From the NCBI GenBank assembly GCA_030390025.1, contig CM059432.1:117988001-118052000 (forward strand): a stretch of DNA of 64,000 nucleotides, in the 5' to 3' direction. Positions 13,682-25,576 of this stretch are shown here, piece after piece; within the stretch, counting starts at the first letter, position 1, and the number at the start of each line of letters is the position of its first letter. A model generated the notes under the pieces. That model searched no databases, was not told the origin of the DNA, and saw only the letters and a list, made by a program, of their open reading frames with translations. The translations under genes and the position numbers were made by a program. Source of the DNA: Squalus acanthias. Its lineage: Eukaryota.

Positions 13682-14040
13682 TTTCGCAACTTTGGTGTTG
13701 TATATGACCCTGAGCTGAGCTTCCGACCCCATATCCTCTCGATCAGCAAGACCGCCGACTTCCACCTCCGTAACATCGCCCGTCTCCGCCGCTGCCTCAG
13801 CTCATTGGCGGCCCTGTCCTCAGCTGCCAAAGCCCGAAGCGCTGGGATTCCCTCCCTAAACTTCTCTGCCTCTCTACCAAACTCTCCTCCTTAAGACTCT
13901 CCTTAAAACTTACCTCACCTGTTCTAATATCTTCTTATGTGGCTCGGTGTCAAATTTTGTTTGATAACACTCCTGTGAAGCGCCTTGGGATGTTTTACTG
14001 CATTAAAGGCGCTATATAAATGCAAGCTTATTGTTGTTGT
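13682..14040 (+). mobile_element. L2-like LINE 3' fragment (internally deleted)
   Basis: NFGVVYDPELSFRPHI RT-thumb-like peptide and gtgaagcgccttggga...tataaatgcaag(ttg)n tail. A second copy of the tail lies at ~40490-40750. Confidence 0.6.
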
Positions 14041-14584
14041 CGCAGCACATATAAATAGTATGAATTGCTCTTGACAAAAGTTCTGCAGTCACACAAATTA
14101 TTGTCGGATCAATTTATCTCACATTATTTACAGAAGTATTTGAGCTCACTCCATGTTCATCAATAAGGTCTGTTTTCTGGTGAACTGCACATTGTCTTAA
14201 AAAACAGCAGCATTTTATCATTTAGTGAGCTACATGTTAATCAAACGTGATGTACTAAAATGGTTTATATGTAAGGGTAAATTATGCGAGGCCCCATGTC
14301 ACTGGCAAGACTTCACATGCACATATCGGAAATCACAGATGCACTGCCTGCACTTCCAAATCAATGGATGGAAAATCATGGGAGTGTGCTAGTGCCTCTT
14401 CAGTAAGTGCTGACTGCATGTTGGGCATCTTAAAACATAGCCAGAGAGAGAGAGAGACGGAGGATTTATAATGCTTAAAATAGAGTCAGAAATCTTTCAC
14501 TGGTTTTAAAAGTAACTGCACTATTGACCATCTGGGTCAATAACTTGATCAATGTTATTTACTTATGTCTTCACAGATCATGTC

Positions 14585-16253
14585 TGTAAGGGTTTCGTGC
14601 CTGTGTCTCAGACGGTGCTGGTGCGAGGTTAGGCCTTCGTTACCTAATACTATAACTTGCTCTGGTCTCCGGCCAGCCTTATTGCAATAAGCACCTGTGA
14701 GTGGTTCGACCCACTCGCCCTTACGGTTCTAACACTGGACTTAGGTGCAGGGAGCAGTAATGCAGAGAAAAACTCAAATAGACCCGGTTGAATAGTATGA
14801 AATGGAAATCTTTATTGCATAGCGTCCAAAATCATGAAGTACATGTCGTAGGTGCAAATTAACGAGAGTACAAGTATACATACATTCATAAAGCTTGGTC
14901 TATGGTAATGAAGAACGCACGGCACATCGTAAAAAGAGGAACACATTATACTTTATCCTTAATAAAACCACCCTCCCTTATCAATAACTACACTACGTCT
15001 AGATTTGTAGGATCGGGAAACATGCTCACCACTCGTGTTACTTCGGAGAATTTTAAAGTGAGGCACTCGGCTCGTTTCGCTGCAGCGCCTGACTGTCACG
15101 TGTTTGGAAGGGTCTCTGTACCCCACTTGTTTATCTTTGCTGCTGCGACAAGCAGGCCCGACTCTCTGTTGTCATGAAGAACTCGACAGAACTCGGACAT
15201 GGTTGTAGAACTCAAAGAAAAGTCTTCCTGTTCCCGACACCGGTTGTCGGTAGATTTCAATGAAGAGTCTTTCTTGTATTTTCGGGCGCGGTCGGGGTTT
15301 ACTGACCGTGGCGGCACGTGGATTCTTCTTCTTTTCTTGTCATTTCGTCTTGTCTTTTCGGGCCTTCGGGTCCAGACACCATTTACCGACTCTCGGGATG
15401 GTGCACCACTTGCCCTCGTCGGGGCGGCTCGTTCCGTTTGAGCTCCACCCAAAATTCGAATAACCGTCCAGTGCGGCTAAAAGTCCAGAGTCAACAGAGT
15501 CCAGCCCTACAGAAGAGCTTCAGCCAGCGGTCGAGCAGTCAGATAAGAGACCGAATCCAGCGCATAAGAGTCCAGCCCGAGTCAAGAGAATAAGAGTCAA
15601 ATCAAGAGACCGATGGACATTTGTTCATTATAGTTATAGTGCTGTGTTCCCTTATCTCCCGCTCAAATCTTAATGTTTGTCCTTTGTGTAATATTGGCGC
15701 TCAAAACTCCCAGCATGGGGCGATTCTTGTCTTTAACGGGTTTCGGTAGCACCTGAAACTGGCCAACTACCCGTTAATGTTTTCCCCATTGTTGACCCAG
15801 CCAGGATCGTATGAATCGTCTCCCTGACTGGTTTTGGGGGCCCCCGAATACTTGCTTAATCACCCGTCAATGTCTCTCTCATTGTAGAGCCGTGGGGGTA
15901 TTTGTGTATTGATGTGTCTGGATGGGCCTTCGATTGCCCAGTACAATGGTCCTTACTTGTGCATGGAAAACGATTCCAGCACTTATATCTTTGCTATTGT
16001 CACAAATACAAATGGGTTGCATCCTATCTTTATCAGTGTTTATCGAGTATGATCCAATCTTATGTCGAATGTTTATTCGACGCCATCTTGTCTGCCCACT
16101 GTATTTCTGGAAGCATCTGCCACGATGCGCGGTGGCCATTTTACAGGCTTCTGTGTCCTTTATAATCATGACAGCATTTCGTTTAATAAAACTGATCAAA
16201 CGAATCTGCTTCTCTTTCGTTATTTTGAATCGCGATAATTGCGAAACTTTACA
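14585..16253 (-). repeat. 3' LTR (1669 bp)
   Basis: Direct repeat of 25577-27250. AATAAA at 14811-14816 on the minus strand. Confidence 0.95.
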
Positions 16254-16265
16254 ATCCCTCCTGTT
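16254..16265 (-). other. Polypurine tract
   Basis: Minus strand AACAGGAGGGAT immediately before the 3' LTR. Confidence 0.75.
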
Positions 16266-16651
16266 GATGCGAATAACTCCGCTTATCGTATCAATTAAAA
16301 ATGGTGGTGAGCAAAATTATCCCGATTCTCCATATCCAAACACTCCCTTAACTTAAACTATCCATGGCCTCCATGTCGTCCTCATTTCCCAGGGAAATTA
16401 CATTGTCTAAACTTAGACAAAACGTAGGCAGTATTGCCTTTAAACTTACACTGCGTATACGCCTTCCAGGTGCAAAAAGGCCGATGCCTCTCGCACCACC
16501 TGTATATGCATATTTTATTATACAAGGAAAAAATAATCAAAACAACCTTTTTAAAAAATACAAAAGTTCCAAACTTAGTTACACATACTCATAACTAACA
16601 ATCAATTACAAAAATACACATGGTAAAATGGAGCGGCGTCATCCTGGCCGT

Positions 16652-18985
16652 TTACGCGGTACTTTCTTCGTTCACGCGCACGTAACGTTCTCTCCACTCC
16701 CCTGTGTTCTCCTGCTTTGTGAGGCGTTTGCCTCTCTTGCAGTGTACGACCAATAGGTACACTACAATAATAACTTGGCACACAACCAAAATGTGGGAGG
16801 CTATCCTGATCCATGAAGGAACTTCAATATTAGTGAACAGATCCCACCACGGTGGGACTACTATGTCTAAAATTTCTGTCCCTATCTCTACAGTTTTCTG
16901 TTCCAGGGTGTACCATGACGGCTTTTAAAATCTTGGTGAGGTGTTCAGGGAGAGGGGAAATGTTGTACCCAAAATGCGCGGTGAATCGCTGCAAGTCTGT
17001 GAAATTCTCTTTTACTGTGAGGTGAACAGTGGATGGTTCAGGGATCGGGACAATTCGCTGTTGTGCCACTTGAACTTCAGCCCTGGGTTTAAAACAGAAA
17101 CTGCTGTCACTCACTGGACACCGGCTGTGCTGTCCATGCTGGTAGTGTTGCGCTGCAGTGGTAATGCAATACGTTCCACCCCTATGTATGCCACCTGCGG
17201 AGGCACATGATCTTGTGTCATTGCTTCCATGGTGCAATTCATGGGCTTCGTGCCAGCCGTTCTGAACCCGCATTGTGGTGTTAAAAAGGCATTCAATTGC
17301 TGGGGACACAGTATTATGTGTGCTCCCCGGCCACGACAAACCGATAGGTCGGTACCTGTCACCGTGTGCTCCCAGCGGATGACGTAAGGTGGGACCGCTG
17401 CGTAGCGAATGTGGGCTCCCCCCTGAATGACACCAATGTTCTCCACCCGATACACCGGGGCGGGCTTTGCTGTGTCGCCCAACACCGGCATCCGTAGTAC
17501 TATACCCATGATGGTATGGTTTGACCGTCCGCAGTCCACGGGAACTGGGTATGCCTCTGAGGCTAGCCTGAGCTGGCATGGGCTTAATGCGTTCTGAAAA
17601 GGGTGGAGCGCCTGCAGGTGTTTGTTACTTATCCAGGACGGGACCAAACCTTGTTTTAAATCCTCCAAATTACTGCGGCCCTCGCCCAGTAACCACGCCC
17701 CGTAAAGCACGCACACCTCGTTCTGCGCAGCTTGATCGGATGCATTCCGATCTTCCCTGATCAGGGCATTTACCGTTCTCGCATGCTTCTCCAGCTCTGC
17801 TATAATCTCTTTTAAGTGTAGTGTCATGGCCTGGTCCTCGTGTAACTCAGACCCTACTACCTTGTTTTCGCTTGTGAGGATGCTTTTTAACCGTGTTTTT
17901 AAACCGTTGATCTGGGTCTGCAGCTCCACATTGTCTAGAGCGTTGACCACAGACGTTCCCGTATTAAAAGCAGTGAACACATCGTTCACAACACCCCTTC
18001 TTTGTCTCCCCGCCTGACCCAAAACTTCGTGTGGTGTGGTGTATAAGCTTGTTTTGTCAACCTCCGCAAAATCAAACTCATAAAATTGCCTGAACATGTT
18101 TGTTAACAGGACCTGGTACAATTGTTCCGTTTCTTTGGGACACCACTCTGGTAACCATACCTCGGTGAGATTTAGAATCACCGAAGCCACCGCGTCATGT
18201 ACCCCTTGATATAGTATCTGATCTGTTGGCACCAGTACCAGACCATTCCTGGGCCCCTTAGTGGTTTTAGGGCACCCTTCCTCCTGAGCCAAAACCACCG
18301 GAATCGTGGGCGGAGCCTTGCGTGGGCGCGTGATGAGTTCAGTGGCGTTTACCGGGATCGGGGAGAATGGAGCTCCGCACCCCTTTGTGCTGACATCCCA
18401 CCTCATCCCTTTCCCGTTATCCTGCCACTGGTGTACGAAAAATATGGATATACCCTTGGGGCAAACGTACTTCGATCCCCACATACAAACATAAATTCCC
18501 TCATCCGGTTCCCACCATTTGTCCCAACAGACTTTCAATTGTCCGTTAGTCCTCGTAATTGTCCAATGGGTATTGTTACCCAATCGCTCCCACTCGACCG
18601 AGGAATTTCTCATAGTCTTGCTTAATTTCCGTAACCACCACCATCGGCTCAATGGGACCTTCCCATTGCATGTCAAACAAATCCTTTTGCCGACGGTGAC
18701 GCTGATTCTGGGTACAATGATCCTCACTCTGGGGCACAGTAAAGAAGTCTCTTTGTAGGCAAATCCGGATGCGCTGGAGTATTCCGTCGAATTCGTTCCC
18801 AGCCATCCGGGCCACCTTCCCTTGTGGAAATAGGTGGCGGTTTCCTCAGCCTTTCGCTCCCCGGTCCCATCCGTCGCGATGGGGCCGGTGTCCCCGGAGC
18901 AACCGAACATAACGACATCCTTGGTGAGGCCCCGATAGGCCAATCCATATCCGATCGTTGCGAGCACTATCAGAATCCTTTCCAT
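16652..18985 (-). pseudogene. env: env: class I fusion glycoprotein with signal peptide, Ig-like domain, furin site, heptad repeat and TM anchor; two frameshifts
   Basis: Signal peptide MERILIVLATIGYGLA. RQRR|GVVNDVFTAF at 17996-18007. The frame continues after shifts at ~17180 (IGGGTYC) and ~16915 into PPWWDLF...ASHILVVCQVIIVVYLLVVHCKRGKR...EESTA* (stop 16652-16654). Candidate splice acceptor at 18998-18999. Confidence 0.88.
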
Positions 18986-19432
18986 ATCTCCTGGTTCCTG
19001 TGATCAGATAAAATGATGTAGCCAGCCTCCCAAGAGTCTCTGGCTTTTGTGAAGGGTGAGCGGGTCCCTTGACCGCGTCTCACGTAAAAAGATATGTATG
19101 CTGGATAGACTTTAACTATTCCTATCACTAACTCCCATCATTTTACCATTTACTTTAAAAATTAAACTACAATCTTACCAAACTTAAAAAAAAAACTATA
19201 AACTTAAACTTATCCTAAACTTAACTGTACAGTGCCGCCCGTTCCCAGGGCGGCCCACCTAAATTCTGCGAAGGCTGCCACGAGCTTTTCCCAGTGGTGG
19301 GGGGGCACTGACCCCTTCCTTTGATCTGCCGCAGCCTGTCGCTGCTGCGCTGGGACTGGGATCTCCGTGGGCTGCCTTGAACTTGAACTTACGCCTGGGG
19401 GTGTACGGGGGATTTGACCACGACTTCCTGGG

Positions 19433-22400
19433 CTAGGGTGTCTGACTTGACCTACGGAGGGCTACTTTGGGCAAGATTTCCAGGGCCGACGGACCAGGAA
19501 CCAAGACTTCCACCGTCACGGCCTGTGGTCCCACCACAGCCGCTGGCTCCGTCTCCCCTGGCTCCGCCTCCCTGAACTCGGGATTTGCAGTTTCTGGCTC
19601 CATCCTACTTGGCCCAGTATGTGGACCTCCACTCGCAATCCCTATCTCCCCTATGGGCAAGACTTCCAGGGCCGACGGACCGGGTACCGAGACTTCCACC
19701 GTCACGGCCTGTGGTCCCACCACAGCCACTGGCTCCGTCTCCCCTAGCTCCGCCCCCCTGGTCTCAGGATCTGCAGTTTCTGATTCCACCCTGTGTGGAT
19801 CTCCACTTGCAGCCCCTATCTCCCCTGAGCTTGAGTCGAGGGCGAAACCTTCGTCCTCCGACCCCAGCACCTCTCCGACCGGGTCACGACCTTGATCGAG
19901 CTCCTCGAGCTCTTCCTCATCTGAATCCCAACACCAAGAAAAGATCCTACACTTTTCCAGAATGTCCTCTCCCCTCACGCAGGCTGCTTTACCGGCCTGT
20001 GTGCCCTGCGGTCCTACCCGGGGCTGCGAGTCCCCACTCGCAGGTTTGGCCCCTGTGATTGGCCCCTGTGCACCCGGCTTATACAGCTTGCACTGGTTAA
20101 TGTGGAACCATTTCGTGCGCCGGGGTACCTTTACGGCGTACACCATGGGACTCGCGTTATCTACAATACTGTAGGTTCCCATATACAGTGGTTCCAAACT
20201 CCCTACTCTGGCATAGTTCCTAACCATGACCTGATCTCCGACTTCCCACTCCTGCTTCTTACGAGGTTCCAGCAACAGGCGATTGCCCTGATGCTGTCTT
20301 CCCATGTTCCCAGCCGTCTGCTCGTAAACCTGCTTCAGGCGCTCCAAGAGGGTCTGGACAAACTTGTCCCGTTTCACCTCTTGGAGCTGAGCCTCAGTGA
20401 GCACCGGGGCTAGTACATGGGTGGGGGTTCGCATGATCCTCCCAGTCATCACCTCGTATGGGGAATACCCCGTACTCTTCGACAGGCTGGCCCGGATTCC
20501 CATGAGGACTGGAGGCAGAACCTCCGCCAATTTTTGGGGCGAGTTCATAGTCTCTTTCCTCAGCTTCTCCTTGAGGGTCCGGTTCATGCATTCAACAATC
20601 CCTGATGACTGGGGATTGTGCGCTACGTGCCACACCCCTTCAATGCCCAAAAGCATGAGGGTGTTCTGCATCACCTGGCCGGTGAAATGACTCCCTTGGT
20701 CTGACTCCACCAACGGGGGAGTCCCCACCGTGAGAACACTTCCCGGACCAAGATTTTAGCAGTACCCAGCTCCGTAGCTGTTCTACAGGGGAAGGCTTCT
20801 ACCCATTTGGAAAACACATCCACCAAGACGAGGCAGTATTTATAGCCTCCCTGGGTGGTGGGCAGGGGCCCTATGTAATCGATCTGTATCGACTGCCATG
20901 GTCCCTCCACCCTCCTGATGTGCCCCATGTGCACTTTCCTTTTCTGGGGGTCTGGTTTGTTTGCAGCGCACACCAGACAGTTTGCGCAGAACTCGCGGAC
21001 CTGATCCCTGAGTCCCGGCCACCATCCCGCCTGCTCTACCCGTTGCCAGGTTAACTCCGGCCTGGGGTGTCCTGCCCCCGGCCCCTCATGAGCCAACTGG
21101 AGGAATTCCCTCCTGTGCTGCTGCGGTACAACCCACTGTTCCTCGCGGAACAGCATGCCTTCTTTAACGGAGAGGGTTGCCGTACTGTACGGGCCCTCTA
21201 CCTGCTTGCCCTCAGTAATCGTTCTGAGAACTGCTTTTAGGGCAGGATCCTGGTTCTGGACGGTTTTAAGGTCTAGGGGCAGTGCTACCCTGGTGTTCCC
21301 GGGATTCCCTTCCCTGCCTTGGATCGCTGCCACGGGTCCGGGCCCATAGGGGTCCCAGAAAATGCCGTTACGGGCACCCTCCCTGGCTAGCGCATCCGCC
21401 TGCTGGTTGCCCTCCCCGCGGGGTTCTGTGGAGGAGTGAGCCTTCACCTTATGGATGAAAATCTCCCCTTCCTCCCCTACTGCTGCTAGGACCTTTTCCA
21501 GCAAGGGCTTCACCGTTAAAGGTCGCCCGTCCGCGGAGGTGTAACCACGGCGGGACCAAATGGCCAGGTATTCCATACACGAATTGCACGTAAACATACT
21601 GTCCGAACAAATCGTTTATGGGGTTGGGAAGATTTCTGGGTGGGTAACTACATACGCCACTGCAGACAGCTGAGCCTGCTGCGCGCTCATCGTGCTGGGG
21701 AGTTTAATTGCCAGGGCAAGGTCTGCCGCAGGGTCATAAACTCCACACCCTGTGATTCGTTCGCCAGCGGACACTGTGCTGGAACCATCAACATAAATCT
21801 TGCGACCTGTGGGATGTATCCCGGCCCGCAAACCTATGTTGACCTCCCACACCCCTTTCACCGAACACCGGTGGGCTGTTCCGGGGTATACCAAGTTGGC
21901 CGCGAGCTTGGGCTCGCAAAGACCTTTAACCCTAAGATGCATCTGGGAAAGGAGAAGGGTCCAGCGCGCAATACGAGCGCTGCTTACGGTCCCATCCTTA
22001 ATCCTCCCATCTAGAAGCATCTTAGTTGGTGTGTGATGGGTGAGGAGAGTGATGGGAGAGAGCCCTGTGAAGATCGCTGATCTTTTCACAGCCCAATGCG
22101 TGGCTAAAAGATACCTTTCGCAGTTGGAAAAACTCCTCTCCACATCCGTTAACACCCAGGACGAATAGACAACCGGCCGCAGCTTGCCGTGACGCTCTTG
22201 GAGCAGCACAGCGCTCAAGCTGTCTCCGCTGGCAGCTACCTCCAGGAAAAACTCCTCCCCCCCATCTATGGCCCCTAAAGCTGGCGCGGTCTGCAGATCC
22301 CTTTTTAACTTCTCGAATGCTGCCTGACAACCCTCGTCCCAAGACCACTCCACTCCCTTATGGAGGAGTCAGAGCAGCGGAGCTGCTGTGGCCGCATAGT

Positions 22401-23748
22401 CCTCGATAAAATCTCTACAGTAACCGGTCAGTCCCAGAAAGGACCTCACACCCGTTATGGTGTTGGGAATCGGTAACTCCTGCACCGACTCCCTCCTAGC
22501 CTTATCTATGGCTCTTTCCCCAGCGCGAATGGTCAGACCCAGGAATTTTACTTCCTGCTGACCGATCCGTGCTTTCTTAGGGTTAACTTTAAAACCCTTT
22601 CTCGCTAGCAGCTCCAATAACTCGGCTAGCAGTGGTCCATGCTCCTCCCTTGAGTCCGTGAACAGGAGCAAATCATCCACGTACTGCACTATCTGATTGG
22701 GCTGACTAAACTCCTTTAAACTTCCTGCCATACACTGATGGAAAATACTGTGGCTGTTGTGGAAACCCTGTGGCAAACAGTTCCATGTGTACTGTTGTCC
22801 TTTAAAAGTAAAGGCAAACTTGTACTGGTCCTCTCGCCGCAGCGGGATGGACCAAAAACCGTTCGAGATATCCAGCACCGTGAACGTGGTCGCGGATGCT
22901 GGGATACTCCCGATTAGGTCAGCAACTGCTGCTACTGTGGGCGCGCAGGCGGGGATGTTACTGTTAAGGACTCTGTAGTCCACCGTGGCCCTCCACGAAT
23001 TATCCGGCTTCCTCACCGGCCATAATGGGGAGTTCACGTGTGTGGCTATCGGCCTCAACACGCCCTGCTGCACCAATGAGGACATTGCTGTCTCCATATC
23101 GGGTTCTGCTTCTTTGGGGAAGTTATACTGTTTTTGGGGCCGGGTCATGGGGTCCCCGTCTATGCTGACCTCAAACCCGGTAACCCTCCCACAATCGTGC
23201 TTGTGGGTTGCAAACGCGTGCATATTATCTGACACGTACGTTTGCATGTCCGTTGGGACATCCGCGACCATAAGCCCGAGGTCGTAACCTCCGGATGGCT
23301 TCATGGTACACAGGGCCCCTTTTCCTTCCTTCCCTGGGATAACAACTACCTTGCCTTTCCCACCCTTGGCACCCCAGAGACAGTGATTCCTAAGGTCCAC
23401 GAGGATCCCGTGTTCCGCTAGGTGATCCGATCCGCGGATACCTCTGCCACCCCCCTCTTGCCATTTCATCAGTATGCACTTCCATGTGGTGTGGAGTGCT
23501 CCTAAATGAATGGAGAGCAGAATGGAGAACGCGCCAGCCTGCTCTTTTCCCGTGAACCCAGCTAATGTGAATGGGACCTTGGTAGACAGTGGTGAGTCAA
23601 AGGGGCTATCCGTATGAATCACGGTGCATGAAGCTCCCGTGTCCAACAAATAACTACACTTCTGCTTCTCTACCTCCATCTCTACCAGGGGTCTTTTCCA
23701 CGCATCATAGCTGAGCGGACACAGGTAAACGGGATGCGCGGGCTTTAG
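19433..23748 (-). pseudogene. pol: pol: protease, RT, tether RNase H, RNase H, integrase
   Basis: LLDTGAS, LPQGF, YVDD, IYVDGS...SDS...KVKAH...GNQQADALA, HHCC, IDYIGP, SDQGSHF, IVECMN. In-frame stops at 22369 and 21616, frameshift ~20725. Confidence 0.95.
19467..19828 (-). repeat. Tandem duplication (~60 codons x2) in the integrase C-terminal extension
   Basis: GEIG...GETEP.AVVGPQAVTVEV.VPGPSALE.LP occurs twice in frame. Confidence 0.9.
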
Positions 23749-25572
23749 TCATTGGGCACTGGTGGACGGGGTTGTGGCATCTGTGGGGCCGGTAGCGACT
23801 GCCACCCTCCCTTGCAAAATCATAAGGGACCGCATGGCTCCCAACATTGATTCTATCGCATCGGGATGGATAGGCACACCGGCTCCTTTCTCAGAGACAG
23901 GCGCTTGGGTTCGGGCTGCGGGAGCTCTGTCCCTGGAGTCCTTCCAGGGATTCCTGCAGTTTTTACGCCAGTGACCTGTCTTCCCGCACCCGTAACAAAC
24001 ACCACTGGTTTGTGGGGCGCGATTTCCCTCCTGATGCCACTCTTTCTGAGCCGGGGCTGCGGGCCTTGCCTCATGCACCTTTCCCTTAAGGGGACGCGCT
24101 CCCGTGCTCCTAGTGTTCCGATACCCTATCGTGAGTCGATTTAGGACCGACTCCTCTGTTGTGGCGGGGTTAGTGGGATCAAACCATGCTTTGGCCTGCT
24201 CCCTGACGGCTGGCAAGCTGTTGGCTACTAGACACCTGAGCCAATGAGCTTTCCCGGCGCCGTTCAGGTAATCGCGCCCTGGCGCACCTGCGCAGCTACG
24301 CTGGTATACTGGCCACAGCCTGTCGGCAAAAACCTTCGGGGGTTCTCCCTCCATCTGTATGGTTTGACTCAATCTGACGAACGGACCTTCGTCATCCGCC
24401 CCTAACACTTCTAGGACCTCGTCCCGTAACTCCTCATAGGTTTTATTTCCCTTCTTGCTCTCGTCTGAGAGACACTGAAGGATCGAGCTATCTAACGAGA
24501 ACAACAACATTTTGGTCTTTTCCTCATCGTCGCAGCCATTAATTGCTGCGGTCTGTTCTACTTCCCTAAAATGTACGGAAGGGTCGTCTGATTCGGACAG
24601 CTTCCGTACATGGCTAATCATTGCTCTCAGCTGGTGTGAGCTGTGAGGCAATACAAGCTGGTTCAGGACATCCCCGTCATCCCCATTGGCTGCATTCGGG
24701 CCTCTCTTGTGACCTCGGAGCGGACACATCGGTCCCGGGCTCGACTCTACCTCCGGGGAGTGTCCTACCTCGGGGACCTCCTTCTCTATTTCCACCACTT
24801 CCGTCCTTACCCAGGTTGCCGAATAGCTGGGTGGCGCGGAGGGCGCAGTGGCAAATACCTCCTCTGCTTTGTCTGGTAGGGATTTTGGGAATTCCCTACC
24901 CACCTGTGGCTGGTTTGCGGACGGGCTGATGAGGCACACCAAGCCGTTTGCCTTATTCAGGGCCTCTCTTAGGTTCCCTATCTCCTTCTGGCAAACACTG
25001 TGGTCGGCTCCCTCATGCCTATCCTCGAGGGCCATCTTATATGCCGCCCTAACTCCCTTCAAGCCTTCTTCCTGGGCTTTTATCTGGTTAGCTAGGCGGA
25101 TACACCGTTCTCTAATCCTACCCTCGTTTAACTTTGATTCCGTGACCTGACATTCTAGGTAATCAATTTTAGCCTCATGGTGGTTGGCTACTATTTGGCG
25201 TTCCTGATGTAACGCATTCAATGATGCAATGAGTTTCTGTCCTCCCGTGACCTTTTCCTCCATCTCAGTTTTCAATCCGCTGATCGGAGCTGCCTGTGCC
25301 ACAATGACCTGGTCCGAAAGTTGGACTTGCTTCTTGTAGCACATCAGCCAGACCGCTTTCTCCACCGACTTCTTATGCTCTTTACTGCCTGTCCATTTGA
25401 TGGCGGCGTCTAGCGGACGCTTATCCATCAGTAGGTCACTTATCCACCTTTTGGTTAAGTTAACCTTCCCAAACACATAGTCAGCTACCCTCTCATCCAC
25501 CACATTTCACCTATTCAAACCAGGGTCTAAAACATTACTCTCCTGCTGCCAATGTCCTGCCGTGGTCGCCAT
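23749..25572 (-). pseudogene. gag: gag with coiled-coil N-terminal half and one CCHC zinc knuckle; single stop at codon 22
   Basis: 584-aa open frame 23749-25503 with CYGCGKTGHWRKNC. In-frame ATG at 25572 separated from it only by TGA at 25507-25509. Confidence 0.88.
25554..25571 (-). other. Primer-binding site, tRNA-Arg-like
   Basis: TGGCGACCACGGCAGGAC, 5 nt after the 5' LTR. Complementary, with one mismatch, to the recalled vertebrate tRNA-Arg(CCG/TCG) 3' end GTCCTGCCGCGGTCGCCA. Confidence 0.75.
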
Positions 25573-25576
25573 TTTC

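Noticed and set aside
14902..16356. ORFs inside the LTR (for example 15879-16199 minus, 15922-16356 plus, 15096-15452 minus) as accessory genes
   Set aside because: Short, no recognisable motifs, and their frames are changed by indels between the two LTRs. A U3 gene cannot be fully excluded.
16830..17579. 249-aa ORF as a separate gene
   Set aside because: Its C-terminal part is the frameshifted continuation of env and the rest is an off-frame overlap.
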